From Paramoeba atlantica (lineage: Eukaryota; Protista; Discosea), in the NCBI GenBank assembly GCA_977017575.1, contig CDRNVI010000203.1:62106-126105 (forward strand): 64,000 bases of DNA. The letters are read 5' to 3'. Within the stretch, counting starts at the first letter, position 1; every line of letters starts with the position of its first letter. Below, piece by piece: positions 8,601 through 22,925 of this stretch. The notes beneath the pieces are model-generated. The model saw only the letters and a list, made by a program, of their open reading frames with translations, searched no databases and was not told the origin of the DNA. The translations under genes and the position numbers were made by a program.

Positions 8601-9192
8601 AAAAATGCTGAAAATCGCTATTTCGCACTGGAATTCCGCCAAAACTCCTTTTCAATGCGTATTTTGGGCGAGAAAACCGTCGATTTTATAATTTTTAAAC
8701 TTTTTTTTGTATAATTTATCATTTTTAGCGCGGATTTCTATAATTTCTCGCATAATTTATTAGTTTTATAGCGTTGTAGTTAAAATTTTCATAATTTTAT
8801 CATCAAAGTCATCATTTTTCTATAATTTCAAACAAAATTATTAAAAAAAATGTTGTCTCAGACGAAAAAATTGCATGAAAGTTGTTAAACAACACTAAAA
8901 CTAAAAAAATATCCCGCAGAAATTAAAAAACCGTGATAAAAATTTATAAATTCAAAAGAAAAATTTAAAAATCTTAAAAATTTATGATGAAATCATCTTC
9001 TTTGTACCAAAATCAGATGTAAACATCAAAAAATTTTTTTAAAATCACTAGTTGAAACCATCGTCTATGGTTTCTTTTGTTAATGATCAATGTTTTCATT
9101 TCATTCATAACATTTTCACGTTAACTTCGTTCAACTAACTTGAATTTTATTAAAATTATGATTCATAAAATAATTTTTTCATTGCTAAAAAT

Positions 9193-12100
9193 AGAATCGC
9201 AATGGAAATTATTATGAAACAAGTTTTAATAATTCAAACTTAAGTTTGAACTCGAGTTATAAAATTTTATAAATTTAAATTATAATTTCAATCATTTCTA
9301 TAATTAATTCAATAGAGAATTTATAATTATGAAACTATGAAACTATATTTAATGATTTAAAATTTAATAATCCCTGTATGTGTTCTTTATGTTTTCAATG
9401 TCTGATGATATGTTCGATATATCATCTTCTTTGTACCAAAATCAGATGTTGATTATCGTACATTCTTATTACATGAAAACAAAAAAGAACATACAACAGG
9501 GAAATACTAAGATACTTTAATAACTATTATGTATATAAATTGATCGAATATATAATTACAAAAATAATTTAAAATATTCAATAATATTAAATATATATAG
9601 TTATTAAAGTGATCTTGTATCCTAGTTCATGTCGATTCTTTTAGGTTTTCATGTAATAAGAATGTACGATAATCAACATCTGATTTTGACTCAAAGTAGA
9701 GTAATCATCGTTAAATATCAGTACAAAACTTATTACAAAGAAAACAACTAATAAAGCATCGACATGAAATTCTGCTAAGATTTCTACGAAATTCAAGCAG
9801 AAAATTACACTAAGATTTCCTATAGAAATTCAAGTGTAAACAAACATTAGTATTGCAAAAACAATCTATGTTTGTATTAAAAAAAACACATCTAGAACAA
9901 TATAATATAAATCAATAAAAATATTTAATTACAAAAATAATATAAAATATAATTTATAAATTTATTATTAAAATGATCTAGATGAACATATTCCTGGGTA
10001 TTCTAATGTGGTTTTCATGTAATAAACATGTACGATAATCAACATCTGATTTTGACTCAAAGTAGAGTAATCATCGTTAAATATCGTATAAAGTTTATTA
10101 ATAATAAAACCACAAAGGAATCCAAGGAATAATTATGCTAAGATTTATACTAAATTCAAGCATAAGATTGCACTAAGATTTCCTTCAGAAATTCAAGTGC
10201 AAATATCCGCTCAACTTATAAAATATAAGTGGCGTCTATATATTTAATCATTACAAAAATAATGAATTAAATAGATCATGATAAGATTTTTTACAAAAAT
10301 TCAATCATGAAGCATACACTATAGTGTATGCAAATTATTACAAAAATAATAATTTTAAAATTTTTTCTTCGAAATTCAAAGAAGAATTTATTCGAAAAAA
10401 ATATAAATTTTAATGTTTACGTGTTTAACTACAACTTAAATTTATATATATTTCGTTAAATTAAGAGAATAATTAAACGAAACTGTTACTCGGCAAAAAT
10501 AAGGGAATTTTTGAGTAACAGACCGTTCAAATTGAAAACAAAAAAACAATTTGCACGGCAATTCTTGGGGTTTTTACGCCTCACGGCTTCGTGATTGGAC
10601 TAAAGAGCAGGAGCGAGAGCAAGAAAGTTTGCAGGGGTAGTTGAGTTAGCTATTCCCGGTGGTAGCTAACCTCGATTCCTTAGTCTTTAGTTGTGATAAT
10701 TTGGGATAGCGAAGTAAAATTTTTAAAGTTCGCTATCGACAATTATTGTTCTCTTTCATCTTTTGGCGTGCATTGCTAATTGATCCCAATAGACAATCAC
10801 ATTCAGAAATGATCGTTGCTATCCCTATATGTATGTAAAATATCATACATAAGAATCAATAAGATCTATTTCGTCTCCTCTTTTTTCTTTTAAAATAGCA
10901 GGACTAATCTATATTATATAGTTATTATTCAACTTTTTTAATTATATTTTATCTGCTTGAACACCATAGTTCGATAAAAAATAAATAAAAAGATGAATAA
11001 ATAACTAAAAAATAAAGATAGACAAGAACAAGAATAGTTTAGTTTAATTCCGTGTTAAATCCTCAATCCTTAAGTCGGATTTGTCACTCCATATACGATC
11101 AAACTTTATTTACTTAAATTTTTACAAAGATAGTAAAATTAAAAGTATAAAGATGATCTAGCTCACCAGTTTTATTTAAATTAAAATCTTACACAATGAT
11201 TTTATATTTATAAACTACTCGCTTCCATCGACCCTCGACTTTGTTGAAGTTTGAGTTTTTGAGTTTACGATATTAAAGAGAAAAAAAATATTATTGCGCT
11301 CTATTGGTGGGGCTTTCGTTAGATTATTAAAAGCTCAACGTCATTGTTCGCGTTTTACGTTACACTCCACAAGCTAAACAAGTGCGTTCTGCCTTAATAA
11401 TCACTACCCCTCACCAAAAGGTCGCAATAATATATGTTTTTAGCGTTTAAGATCTGGAGACCATTTTCAAAATAGAAAATGTCAATCGCTTTTTTCTTAC
11501 GCAAGTACGTCAAAAAAATCGTTTTTCTCCATGAGCTAAAACGAGTTAGTTCGATCGGGCTTTTTTTGATGCTTTTTTTGGATCGCAGCTTCAACAAAAA
11601 AAAATTTCTGCTGCTGTTTTCCAACAAAGAAAATTATAAAAAAATAATTTTGTTGTTGTCAAATACGATCTTTTAAAATATAAAATTTTTTTTATCGTTA
11701 TAAATTTTATTCCAACATAAATTTGTTGGAAAAGTAACAGTAAAAAGTTGTTAATGAAAAAAAATAAATTCATTAACAACAACGTTGATGAAAAATATCA
11801 ATCAACGCTGTTAAATTTCCAACAAAATAATGTCAGAAAAAAATTTCTGCCGAAATAATTTAGCTGATTAAATTTTTATCACGACAAAAATATTTTTTTG
11901 TGGATCAATTAAATCGTTATTAACAAAAAAGTTATAACGCTGTTAATTTTCCAACCTAAAAATTTTTTATCTCTCAAAAAATATTTTTTGATGTTCAAAG
12001 TTATCGTTTGATAACAAAAAAGTTATAACGCTGTAACTTTTCCAACAAAAAAAATTTTTTTTCGTGTTAAAAATTATTTTTGATCAATAAAAATTATTTT

Positions 12101-13849
12101 CGATGTTCAAATTCATCGTTTGATAACAAAAAAGTTATAACGCTGTTAATTTTCCATCAAAAATTATTTTTTTTTGCTTCAAAAATTTTTTTTAACATAA
12201 AAATTTATAATGATGATTACAAAATAAGTGTTGCAACTCAAAAAAGTTGTTTAACACTGTTAATTTTCCATCAACATCATAATTTTTATTTAAAAATTTT
12301 AATCAAGCTCAATTTTATAAACATTTTTTGTAAAAAAATTAAAATTTTTACTGGAAAATTACGGTGAGATGCATAAAAATTAGATTTAAACATAAATTTA
12401 TGCAAACTACCGTTTAATTTCCAACAAAATTTAAATTTTTTTCATTCAAAAATAGATTTTTTTAATTTTTCGCCGACAAAATTGAAAAAAAATTGAATTT
12501 TCATTCAAAAAGTTGTAAAATTGAGTCTCAGGATGAAAAAGTGGAAAAAGACCACATTTTATCAATTCGACGCTAAATTAGCAAAAAATTTCAATTTCTA
12601 CACCTAAATGACTGTAGAAATTGGTGTTTTCCTACAATTTTGTGGAAATCCCTGACAAACACTGCTAAATTTCCAACAAAAAGTCAATTTGCAGGTGCTG
12701 CCCGTGGATTTTCCAACAAAATACTAGCAAAACTACTCAAAATGCTATTTTTCCGGCAGAAAACCGTCAAAATCTGCTTTTTCTGGGCAGGAATGACAAA
12801 AACGGCCCAAAAAAGGCCCTGTCATTTTGCCCAAAAACGCAGTATTTTTTCCTGTTCTGGCCTGCAAATTAGCGGATGTCCAAAGCCCCCAAAAAAAGTG
12901 ACTTGGACTCCGAGCCGACTCGAAAAGTCGTATTTTCCGGCAGAAACGAAAAAATATGCCACATTTTGTCCGACGATTATTTACAACTTTTTCTCGCATC
13001 CCATCATGGCGATTTTGCGGATCTGCAGGTTGGGAGGGAGCCAACTGCATTTTTTGGCCGTTTTGAACCCGTTTTGTAAAAAATCGCATATATAAACTCC
13101 ATAATTTCCCCTCAGAAATCTGCCACTTTTGGAGGCCAAAAAGTGTTTTGCAGAATCTCGAGGGCAAAATAGGAGTTTTTTGACCCGATTTTGTGAACAA
13201 AACTGGCATCAAAAACTATTCCAAATGCTCCAATCCGAATTTCAGCTATTGAACACTAAAAATGCTGAAAATCGCTATTTCGCACTGGAATTCCGCCAAA
13301 ACTCCTTTTCAATGCGTATTTTGGGCGAGAAAACCGTCGATTTTATAATTTTTAAACTTTTTTTTGTATAATTTATCATTTTTAGCGCGGATTTCTATAA
13401 TTTCTCGCATAATTTATTAGTTTTATAGCGTTGTAGTTAAAATTTTCATAATTTTATCATCAAAGTCATCATTTTTCTATAATTTCAAACAAAATTATTA
13501 AAAAAAATGTTGTCTCAGACGAAAAAATTGCATGAAAGTTGTTAAACAACACTAAAACTAAAAAAATATCCCGCAGAAATTAAAAAACCGTGATAAAAAT
13601 TTATAAATTCAAAAGAAAAATTTAAAAATCTTAAAAATTTATGATGAAATCATCTTCTTTGTACCAAAATCAGATGTAAACATCAAAAAATTTTTTTAAA
13701 ATCACTAGCTGAAACCATCGTCTATGGTTTCTTTTGTTAATGATCAATGTTTTCATTTCATTCATAACATTTTCACGTTAACTTCGTTCAACTAACTTGA
13801 ATTTTATTAAAATTATGATTCATAAAATAATTTTTTCATTGCTAAAAAT
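9193..13849. repeat. Unit 3, cassette allele B with A-type right half
   Basis: Cassette matches unit 2; SNPs in the GC-richer domain match units 4-6. Confidence 0.93.
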
Positions 13850-16800
13850 AGAATCGCAATGGAAATTATTATGAAACAAGTTTTAATAATTCAAACTTAA
13901 GTTTGAACTCGAGTTATAAAATTTTAATAACATTAATATATACTTTTAAATAACTTCTATAATTAATTCAAAAGAGAATTTATAATTATGAACTTATAAA
14001 ACTATATTTAATGATTTAAAAATTTAATAACTTGTTCTAATGTTTTCAATGTAATACGATATTTACGATATATGATCTTCTTTGTTCCAAAATCAGATGT
14101 TGATTATCGTACATTCTTATTACATGAAAACAAAGAACAGCTACGGATAAGAACTGAAATGCCTTCCATATACCGAGATACTTTAAATTGATTATAGATA
14201 AATTTTCTAAAATATTTAATTACAAAAATAATTTAAAATATTATTTACAAAACTTATAAATATAATCAATAAAAGTATACGTTATAAAGGAGCGCATAGT
14301 TCCTATCACTTTTAAATACGCTATTTTCCTTGATAAAAAAAATCACTGGAAAATTAGCAGTCTTTAAAGAACTTCGATACAAAAAAGTATCTTGACAATC
14401 TCTGTTGTTTTTGTTACAAAAAAATAGTAAATAACTTCAAACATATATACAAAATTAAACGTGTATAAAAAAAGAAAAACATACACTTTGATACATTCAA
14501 TCAAAAAAGATCTCAATCATGTATCATTAACTTTAGCATATATGTAAGAAGTTCCTTGGTGATTAATTCTTTTACGGTTTTCATGTAATAAACATGTACG
14601 ATAATCAACATCTGATTTTAACTCAAAGCAGAGTAATCATCGTTAAATATCGTACAAAAGTTATTACAAAGAAAACTGCTAAGAATTATCATCAGGAAAT
14701 TGCACTAAGATTTCCTTCAGAAATTCAAGTACAAATATCCGCTTAACTTATAAAAAGATATAAGTAGCTTCTATATATATTTTTTTATCGAAAAAACGAT
14801 AAATAAATAAAGATCATGATAAGATTTCTACGAAATTCAATCATGAAGCATACACTATAGTGTATGCAAATTATTACAAAAATAATAATTTTAAAATTTT
14901 TTTCTTCGTAATTCAAAGAAGAATTTACTTGAAAAAAAATATAAATTTTAATGTTTTCGTGTTTAACTACAACTTAAATTTATATATATTTCGTTAAATT
15001 AAGAGAATAATTAAACGAAACTGTTACTCGGCAAAAATAAGGGAATTTTTGAGTAACAGACCGTTCAAATTGAAAACAAAAAAACAATTTGCACGGCAAT
15101 TCTTGGGGTTTTTACGCCTCACGGCTTCGTGATCGGACTAAAGAGCAGTAGCGAGAGCAAGAAAGTTTGCAGGGGTAGTTGAGTTAGCTATTCCCGGTGG
15201 TAGCTAACCTCGATTCCTTAGTCTTTAGTTGTGGTAATTTGGGATAGCGAAGTAAAATTTTTAAAGTTCGCTATCGACAATTACTATTCTCTTTCATCTT
15301 TTGGCGTGCATTGCTAATTGATCCCAATAGACAATCACATTCAGAAACGATCGTAGCTTTACCTATATGTATGTAAAATATCATACATAAGAATCAATAA
15401 GATCTGTTTCGTCTCCTCTTTTTTCTTTTAAAATAGCAGGACTAATCTATATTATATAATTATTATTCAACTTTTTTAATTATATTTTATCTGCTTGAAC
15501 ACCATAGTTCGATAAAAAATAAATAAAAAGATGAATAAATAACTAAAAAATAAAGATAGACAAGAACAAGAATAGTTTAGTTTAATTCCGTGTTAAATCC
15601 TCAATCCTTAAGTCGGATTTGTCACTCCATATACGATCAAACTTTATTTACTTAAATTTTTACAAAGATAGTAAAATTAAAAGTATAAAGATGATCTAGC
15701 TCACCAGTTTTATTTAAATTAAAATCTTACACAATGATTTTATATTTATAAACTACTCGCTTCCATCGACCCTCGACTTTGTTGAAGTTTAAGTTTTTGA
15801 GTTTACGATATTAAAGAGAAAAAAAATATTATTGCGCTCTATTGGTGGGGCTTTCGTTAGATTATTAAAAGCTCAACGTCATTGTTCGCGTTTTACGTTA
15901 CACTCCACAAGCTAAACAAGTGCGTTCTGCCTTAATAATCACTACCCCTCACCAAAAGGTCGCAATAATATATGTTTTTAGCGTTTAAGATCTGGAGACC
16001 ATTTTCAAAATAGAAAATGTCAATCGCTTTTTTCTTACGCAAGTACGTCAAAAAAATCGTTTTTCTCCATGAGCTAAAACGAGTTAGTTCGATCGGGCTT
16101 TTTTTGATGCTTTTTTTGGATCGCAGCTTCAACAAAAAAAAATTTCTGCTGCTGTTTTCCAACAAAGAAAATTATAAAAAAATAATTTTGTTGTTGTCAA
16201 ATACGATCTTTTAAAATATAAAATTTTTTTTATCGTTATAAATTTTATTCCAACATAAATTTGTTGGAAAAGTAACAGTAAAAAGTTGTTAATGAAAAAA
16301 AATAAATTCATTAACAACAACGTTGATGAAAAATATCAATCAACGCTGTTAAATTTCCAACAAAATAATGTCAGAAAAAAATTTCTGCCGAAATAATTTA
16401 GCTGATTAAATTTTTATCACGACAAAAATATTTTTTTGTGGATCAATTAAATCGTTATTAACAAAAAAGTTATAACGCTGTTAATTTTCCAACCTAAAAA
16501 TTTTTTATCTCTCAAAAAATATTTTTTGATGTTCAAAGTTATCGTTTGATAACAAAAAAGTTATAACGCTGTAACTTTTCCAACAAAAAAAATTTTTTTT
16601 CGTGTTAAAAATTATTTTTGATCAATAAAAATTATTTTCGATGTTCAAATTCATCGTTTGATAACAAAAAAGTTATAACGCTGTTAATTTTCCATCAAAA
16701 ATTATTTTTTTTTGCTTCAAAAATTTTTTTTAACATAAAAATTTATAATGATGATTACAAAATAAGTGTTGCAACTCAAAAAAGTTGTTTAACACTGTTA

Positions 16801-18387
16801 ATTTTCCATCAACATCATAATTTTTATTTAAAAATTTTAATCAAGCTCAATTTTATAAACATTTTTTGTAAAAAAATTAAAATTTTTACTGGAAAATTAC
16901 GGTGAGATGCATAAAAATTAGATTTAAACATAAATTTATGCAAACTACCGTTTAATTTCCAACAAAATTTAAATTTTTTTCATTCAAAAATAGATTTTTT
17001 TAATTTTTCGCCGACAAAATTGAAAAAAAATTGAATTTTCATTCAAAAAGTTGTAAAATTGAGTCTCAGGATGAAAAAGTGGAAAAAGACCACATTTTAT
17101 CAATTCGACGCTAAATTAGCAAAAAATTTCAATTTCTACACCTAAATGACTGTAGAAATTGGTGTTTTCCTACAATTTTGTGGAAATCCCTGACAAACAC
17201 TGCTAAATTTCCAACAAAAAGTCAATTTGCAGGTGCTGCCCGTGGATTTTCCAACAAAATACTAGCAAAACTACTCAAAATGCTATTTTTCCGGCAGAAA
17301 ACCGTCAAAATCTGCTTTTTCTGGGCAGGAATGACAAAAACGGCCCAAAAAAGGCCCTGTCATTTTGCCCAAAAACGCAGTATTTTTTCCTGTTCTGGCC
17401 TGCAAATTAGCGGATGTCCAAAGCCCCCAAAAAAAGTGACTTGGACTCCGAGCCGACTCGAAAAGTCGTATTTTCCGGCAGAAACGAAAAAATATGCCAC
17501 ATTTTGTCCGACGATTATTTACAACTTTTTCTCGCATCCCATCATGGCGATTTTGCGGATCTGCAGGTTGGGAGGGAGCCAACTGCATTTTTTGGCCGTT
17601 TTGAACCCGTTTTGTAAAAAATCGCATATATAAACTCCATAATTTCCCCTCAGAAATCTGCCACTTTTGGAGGCCAAAAAGTGTTTTGCAGAATCTCGAG
17701 GGCAAAATAGGAGTTTTTTGACCCGATTTTGTGAACAAAACTGGCATCAAAAACTATTCCAAATGCTCCAATCCGAATTTCAGCTATTGAACACTAAAAA
17801 TGCTGAAAATCGCTATTTCGCACTGGAATTCCGCCAAAACTCCTTTTCAATGCGTATTTTGGGCGAGAAAACCGTCGATTTTATAATTTTTAAACTTTTT
17901 TTTGTATAATTTATCATTTTTAGCGCGGATTTCTATAATTTCTCGCATAATTTATTAGTTTTATAGCGTTGTAGTTAAAATTTTCATAATTTTATCATCA
18001 AAGTCATCATTTTTCTATAATTTCAAACAAAATTATTAAAAAAAATGTTGTCTCAGACGAAAAAATTGCATGAAAGTTGTTAAACAACACTAAAACTAAA
18101 AAAATATCCCGCAGAAATTAAAAAACCGTGATAAAAATTTATAAATTCAAAAGAAAAATTTAAAAATCTTAAAAATTTATGATGAAATCATCTTCTTTGT
18201 ACCAAAATCAGATGTAAACATCAAAAAATTTTTTTAAAATCACTAGCTGAAACCATCGTCTATGGTTTCTTTTGTTAATGATCAATGTTTTCATTTCATT
18301 CATAACATTTTCACGTTAACTTCGTTCAACTAACTTGAATTTTATTAAAATTATGATTCATAAAATAATTTTTTCATTGCTAAAAAT
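13850..18387. repeat. Unit 4, allele A
   Basis: Anchor to anchor, 4538 bp. Confidence 0.95.
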
Positions 18388-21300
18388 AGAATCGCAATGG
18401 AAATTATTATGAAACAAGTTTTAATAATTCAAACTTAAGTTTGAACTCGAGTTATAAAATTTTAATAACATTAATATATACTTTTAAATAACTTCTATAA
18501 TTAATTCAAAAGAGAATTTATAATTATGAACTTATAAAACTATATTTAATGATTTAAAAATTTAATAACTTGTTCTAATGTTTTCAATGTAATACGATAT
18601 TTACGATATATGATCTTCTTTGTTCCAAAATCAGATGTTGATTATCGTACATTCTTATTACATGAAAACAAAGAACAGCTACGGATAAGAACTGAAATGC
18701 CTTCCATATACCGAGATACTTTAAATTGATTATAGATAAATTTTCTAAAATATTTAATTACAAAAATAATTTAAAATATTATTTACAAAACTTATAAATA
18801 TAATCAATAAAAGTATACGTTATAAAGGAGCGCATAGTTCCTATCACTTTTAAATACGCTATTTTCCTTGATAAAAAAAATCACTGGAAAATTAGCAGTC
18901 TTTAAAGAACTTCGATACAAAAAAGTATCTTGACAATCTCTGTTGTTTTTGTTACAAAAAAATAGTAAATAACTTCAAACATATATACAAAATTAAACGT
19001 GTATAAAAAAAGAAAAACATACACTTTGATACATTCAATCAAAAAAGATCTCAATCATGTATCATTAACTTTAGCATATATGTAAGAAGTTCCTTGGTGA
19101 TTAATTCTTTTACGGTTTTCATGTAATAAACATGTACGATAATCAACATCTGATTTTAACTCAAAGCAGAGTAATCATCGTTAAATATCGTACAAAAGTT
19201 ATTACAAAGAAAACTGCTAAGAATTATCATCAGGAAATTGCACTAAGATTTCCTTCAGAAATTCAAGTACAAATATCCGCTTAACTTATAAAAAGATATA
19301 AGTAGCTTCTATATATATTTTTTTATCGAAAAAACGATAAATAAATAAAGATCATGATAAGATTTCTACGAAATTCAATCATGAAGCATACACTATAGTG
19401 TATGCAAATTATTACAAAAATAATAATTTTAAAATTTTTTTCTTCGTAATTCAAAGAAGAATTTACTTGAAAAAAAATATAAATTTTAATGTTTTCGTGT
19501 TTAACTACAACTTAAATTTATATATATTTCGTTAAATTAAGAGAATAATTAAACGAAACTGTTACTCGGCAAAAATAAGGGAATTTTTGAGTAACAGACC
19601 GTTCAAATTGAAAACAAAAAAACAATTTGCACGGCAATTCTTGGGGTTTTTACGCCTCACGGCTTCGTGATCGGACTAAAGAGCAGTAGCGAGAGCAAGA
19701 AAGTTTGCAGGGGTAGTTGAGTTAGCTATTCCCGGTGGTAGCTAACCTCGATTCCTTAGTCTTTAGTTGTGGTAATTTGGGATAGCGAAGTAAAATTTTT
19801 AAAGTTCGCTATCGACAATTACTATTCTCTTTCATCTTTTGGCGTGCATTGCTAATTGATCCCAATAGACAATCACATTCAGAAACGATCGTAGCTTTAC
19901 CTATATGTATGTAAAATATCATACATAAGAATCAATAAGATCTGTTTCGTCTCCTCTTTTTTCTTTTAAAATAGCAGGACTAATCTATATTATATAATTA
20001 TTATTCAACTTTTTTAATTATATTTTATCTGCTTGAACACCATAGTTCGATAAAAAATAAATAAAAAGATGAATAAATAACTAAAAAATAAAGATAGACA
20101 AGAACAAGAATAGTTTAGTTTAATTCCGTGTTAAATCCTCAATCCTTAAGTCGGATTTGTCACTCCATATACGATCAAACTTTATTTACTTAAATTTTTA
20201 CAAAGATAGTAAAATTAAAAGTATAAAGATGATCTAGCTCACCAGTTTTATTTAAATTAAAATCTTACACAATGATTTTATATTTATAAACTACTCGCTT
20301 CCATCGACCCTCGACTTTGTTGAAGTTTAAGTTTTTGAGTTTACGATATTAAAGAGAAAAAAAATATTATTGCGCTCTATTGGTGGGGCTTTCGTTAGAT
20401 TATTAAAAGCTCAACGTCATTGTTCGCGTTTTACGTTACACTCCACAAGCTAAACAAGTGCGTTCTGCCTTAATAATCACTACCCCTCACCAAAAGGTCG
20501 CAATAATATATGTTTTTAGCGTTTAAGATCTGGAGACCATTTTCAAAATAGAAAATGTCAATCGCTTTTTTCTTACGCAAGTACGTCAAAAAAATCGTTT
20601 TTCTCCATGAGCTAAAACGAGTTAGTTCGATCGGGCTTTTTTTGATGCTTTTTTTGGATCGCAGCTTCAACAAAAAAAAATTTCTGCTGCTGTTTTCCAA
20701 CAAAGAAAATTATAAAAAAATAATTTTGTTGTTGTCAAATACGATCTTTTAAAATATAAAATTTTTTTTATCGTTATAAATTTTATTCCAACATAAATTT
20801 GTTGGAAAAGTAACAGTAAAAAGTTGTTAATGAAAAAAAATAAATTCATTAACAACAACGTTGATGAAAAATATCAATCAACGCTGTTAAATTTCCAACA
20901 AAATAATGTCAGAAAAAAATTTCTGCCGAAATAATTTAGCTGATTAAATTTTTATCACGACAAAAATATTTTTTTGTGGATCAATTAAATCGTTATTAAC
21001 AAAAAAGTTATAACGCTGTTAATTTTCCAACCTAAAAATTTTTTATCTCTCAAAAAATATTTTTTGATGTTCAAAGTTATCGTTTGATAACAAAAAAGTT
21101 ATAACGCTGTAACTTTTCCAACAAAAAAAATTTTTTTTCGTGTTAAAAATTATTTTTGATCAATAAAAATTATTTTCGATGTTCAAATTCATCGTTTGAT
21201 AACAAAAAAGTTATAACGCTGTTAATTTTCCATCAAAAATTATTTTTTTTTGCTTCAAAAATTTTTTTTAACATAAAAATTTATAATGATGATTACAAAA

Positions 21301-22925
21301 TAAGTGTTGCAACTCAAAAAAGTTGTTTAACACTGTTAATTTTCCATCAACATCATAATTTTTATTTAAAAATTTTAATCAAGCTCAATTTTATAAACAT
21401 TTTTTGTAAAAAAATTAAAATTTTTACTGGAAAATTACGGTGAGATGCATAAAAATTAGATTTAAACATAAATTTATGCAAACTACCGTTTAATTTCCAA
21501 CAAAATTTAAATTTTTTTCATTCAAAAATAGATTTTTTTAATTTTTCGCCGACAAAATTGAAAAAAAATTGAATTTTCATTCAAAAAGTTGTAAAATTGA
21601 GTCTCAGGATGAAAAAGTGGAAAAAGACCACATTTTATCAATTCGACGCTAAATTAGCAAAAAATTTCAATTTCTACACCTAAATGACTGTAGAAATTGG
21701 TGTTTTCCTACAATTTTGTGGAAATCCCTGACAAACACTGCTAAATTTCCAACAAAAAGTCAATTTGCAGGTGCTGCCCGTGGATTTTCCAACAAAATAC
21801 TAGCAAAACTACTCAAAATGCTATTTTTCCGGCAGAAAACCGTCAAAATCTGCTTTTTCTGGGCAGGAATGACAAAAACGGCCCAAAAAAGGCCCTGTCA
21901 TTTTGCCCAAAAACGCAGTATTTTTTCCTGTTCTGGCCTGCAAATTAGCGGATGTCCAAAGCCCCCAAAAAAAGTGACTTGGACTCCGAGCCGACTCGAA
22001 AAGTCGTATTTTCCGGCAGAAACGAAAAAATATGCCACATTTTGTCCGACGATTATTTACAACTTTTTCTCGCATCCCATCATGGCGATTTTGCGGATCT
22101 GCAGGTTGGGAGGGAGCCAACTGCATTTTTTGGCCGTTTTGAACCCGTTTTGTAAAAAATCGCATATATAAACTCCATAATTTCCCCTCAGAAATCTGCC
22201 ACTTTTGGAGGCCAAAAAGTGTTTTGCAGAATCTCGAGGGCAAAATAGGAGTTTTTTGACCCGATTTTGTGAACAAAACTGGCATCAAAAACTATTCCAA
22301 ATGCTCCAATCCGAATTTCAGCTATTGAACACTAAAAATGCTGAAAATCGCTATTTCGCACTGGAATTCCGCCAAAACTCCTTTTCAATGCGTATTTTGG
22401 GCGAGAAAACCGTCGATTTTATAATTTTTAAACTTTTTTTTGTATAATTTATCATTTTTAGCGCGGATTTCTATAATTTCTCGCATAATTTATTAGTTTT
22501 ATAGCGTTGTAGTTAAAATTTTCATAATTTTATCATCAAAGTCATCATTTTTCTATAATTTCAAACAAAATTATTAAAAAAAATGTTGTCTCAGACGAAA
22601 AAATTGCATGAAAGTTGTTAAACAACACTAAAACTAAAAAAATATCCCGCAGAAATTAAAAAACCGTGATAAAAATTTATAAATTCAAAAGAAAAATTTA
22701 AAAATCTTAAAAATTTATGATGAAATCATCTTCTTTGTACCAAAATCAGATGTAAACATCAAAAAATTTTTTTAAAATCACTAGCTGAAACCATCGTCTA
22801 TGGTTTCTTTTGTTAATGATCAATGTTTTCATTTCATTCATAACATTTTCACGTTAACTTCGTTCAACTAACTTGAATTTTATTAAAATTATGATTCATA
22901 AAATAATTTTTTCATTGCTAAAAAT
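18388..22925. repeat. Unit 5, allele A
   Basis: Anchor to anchor, 4538 bp. Confidence 0.95.

Larger units (their letters stand above)
4537..9192. repeat. Unit 2, cassette allele B
   Basis: Anchor to anchor, 4656 bp; one minus and two plus large hairpins. Confidence 0.95.
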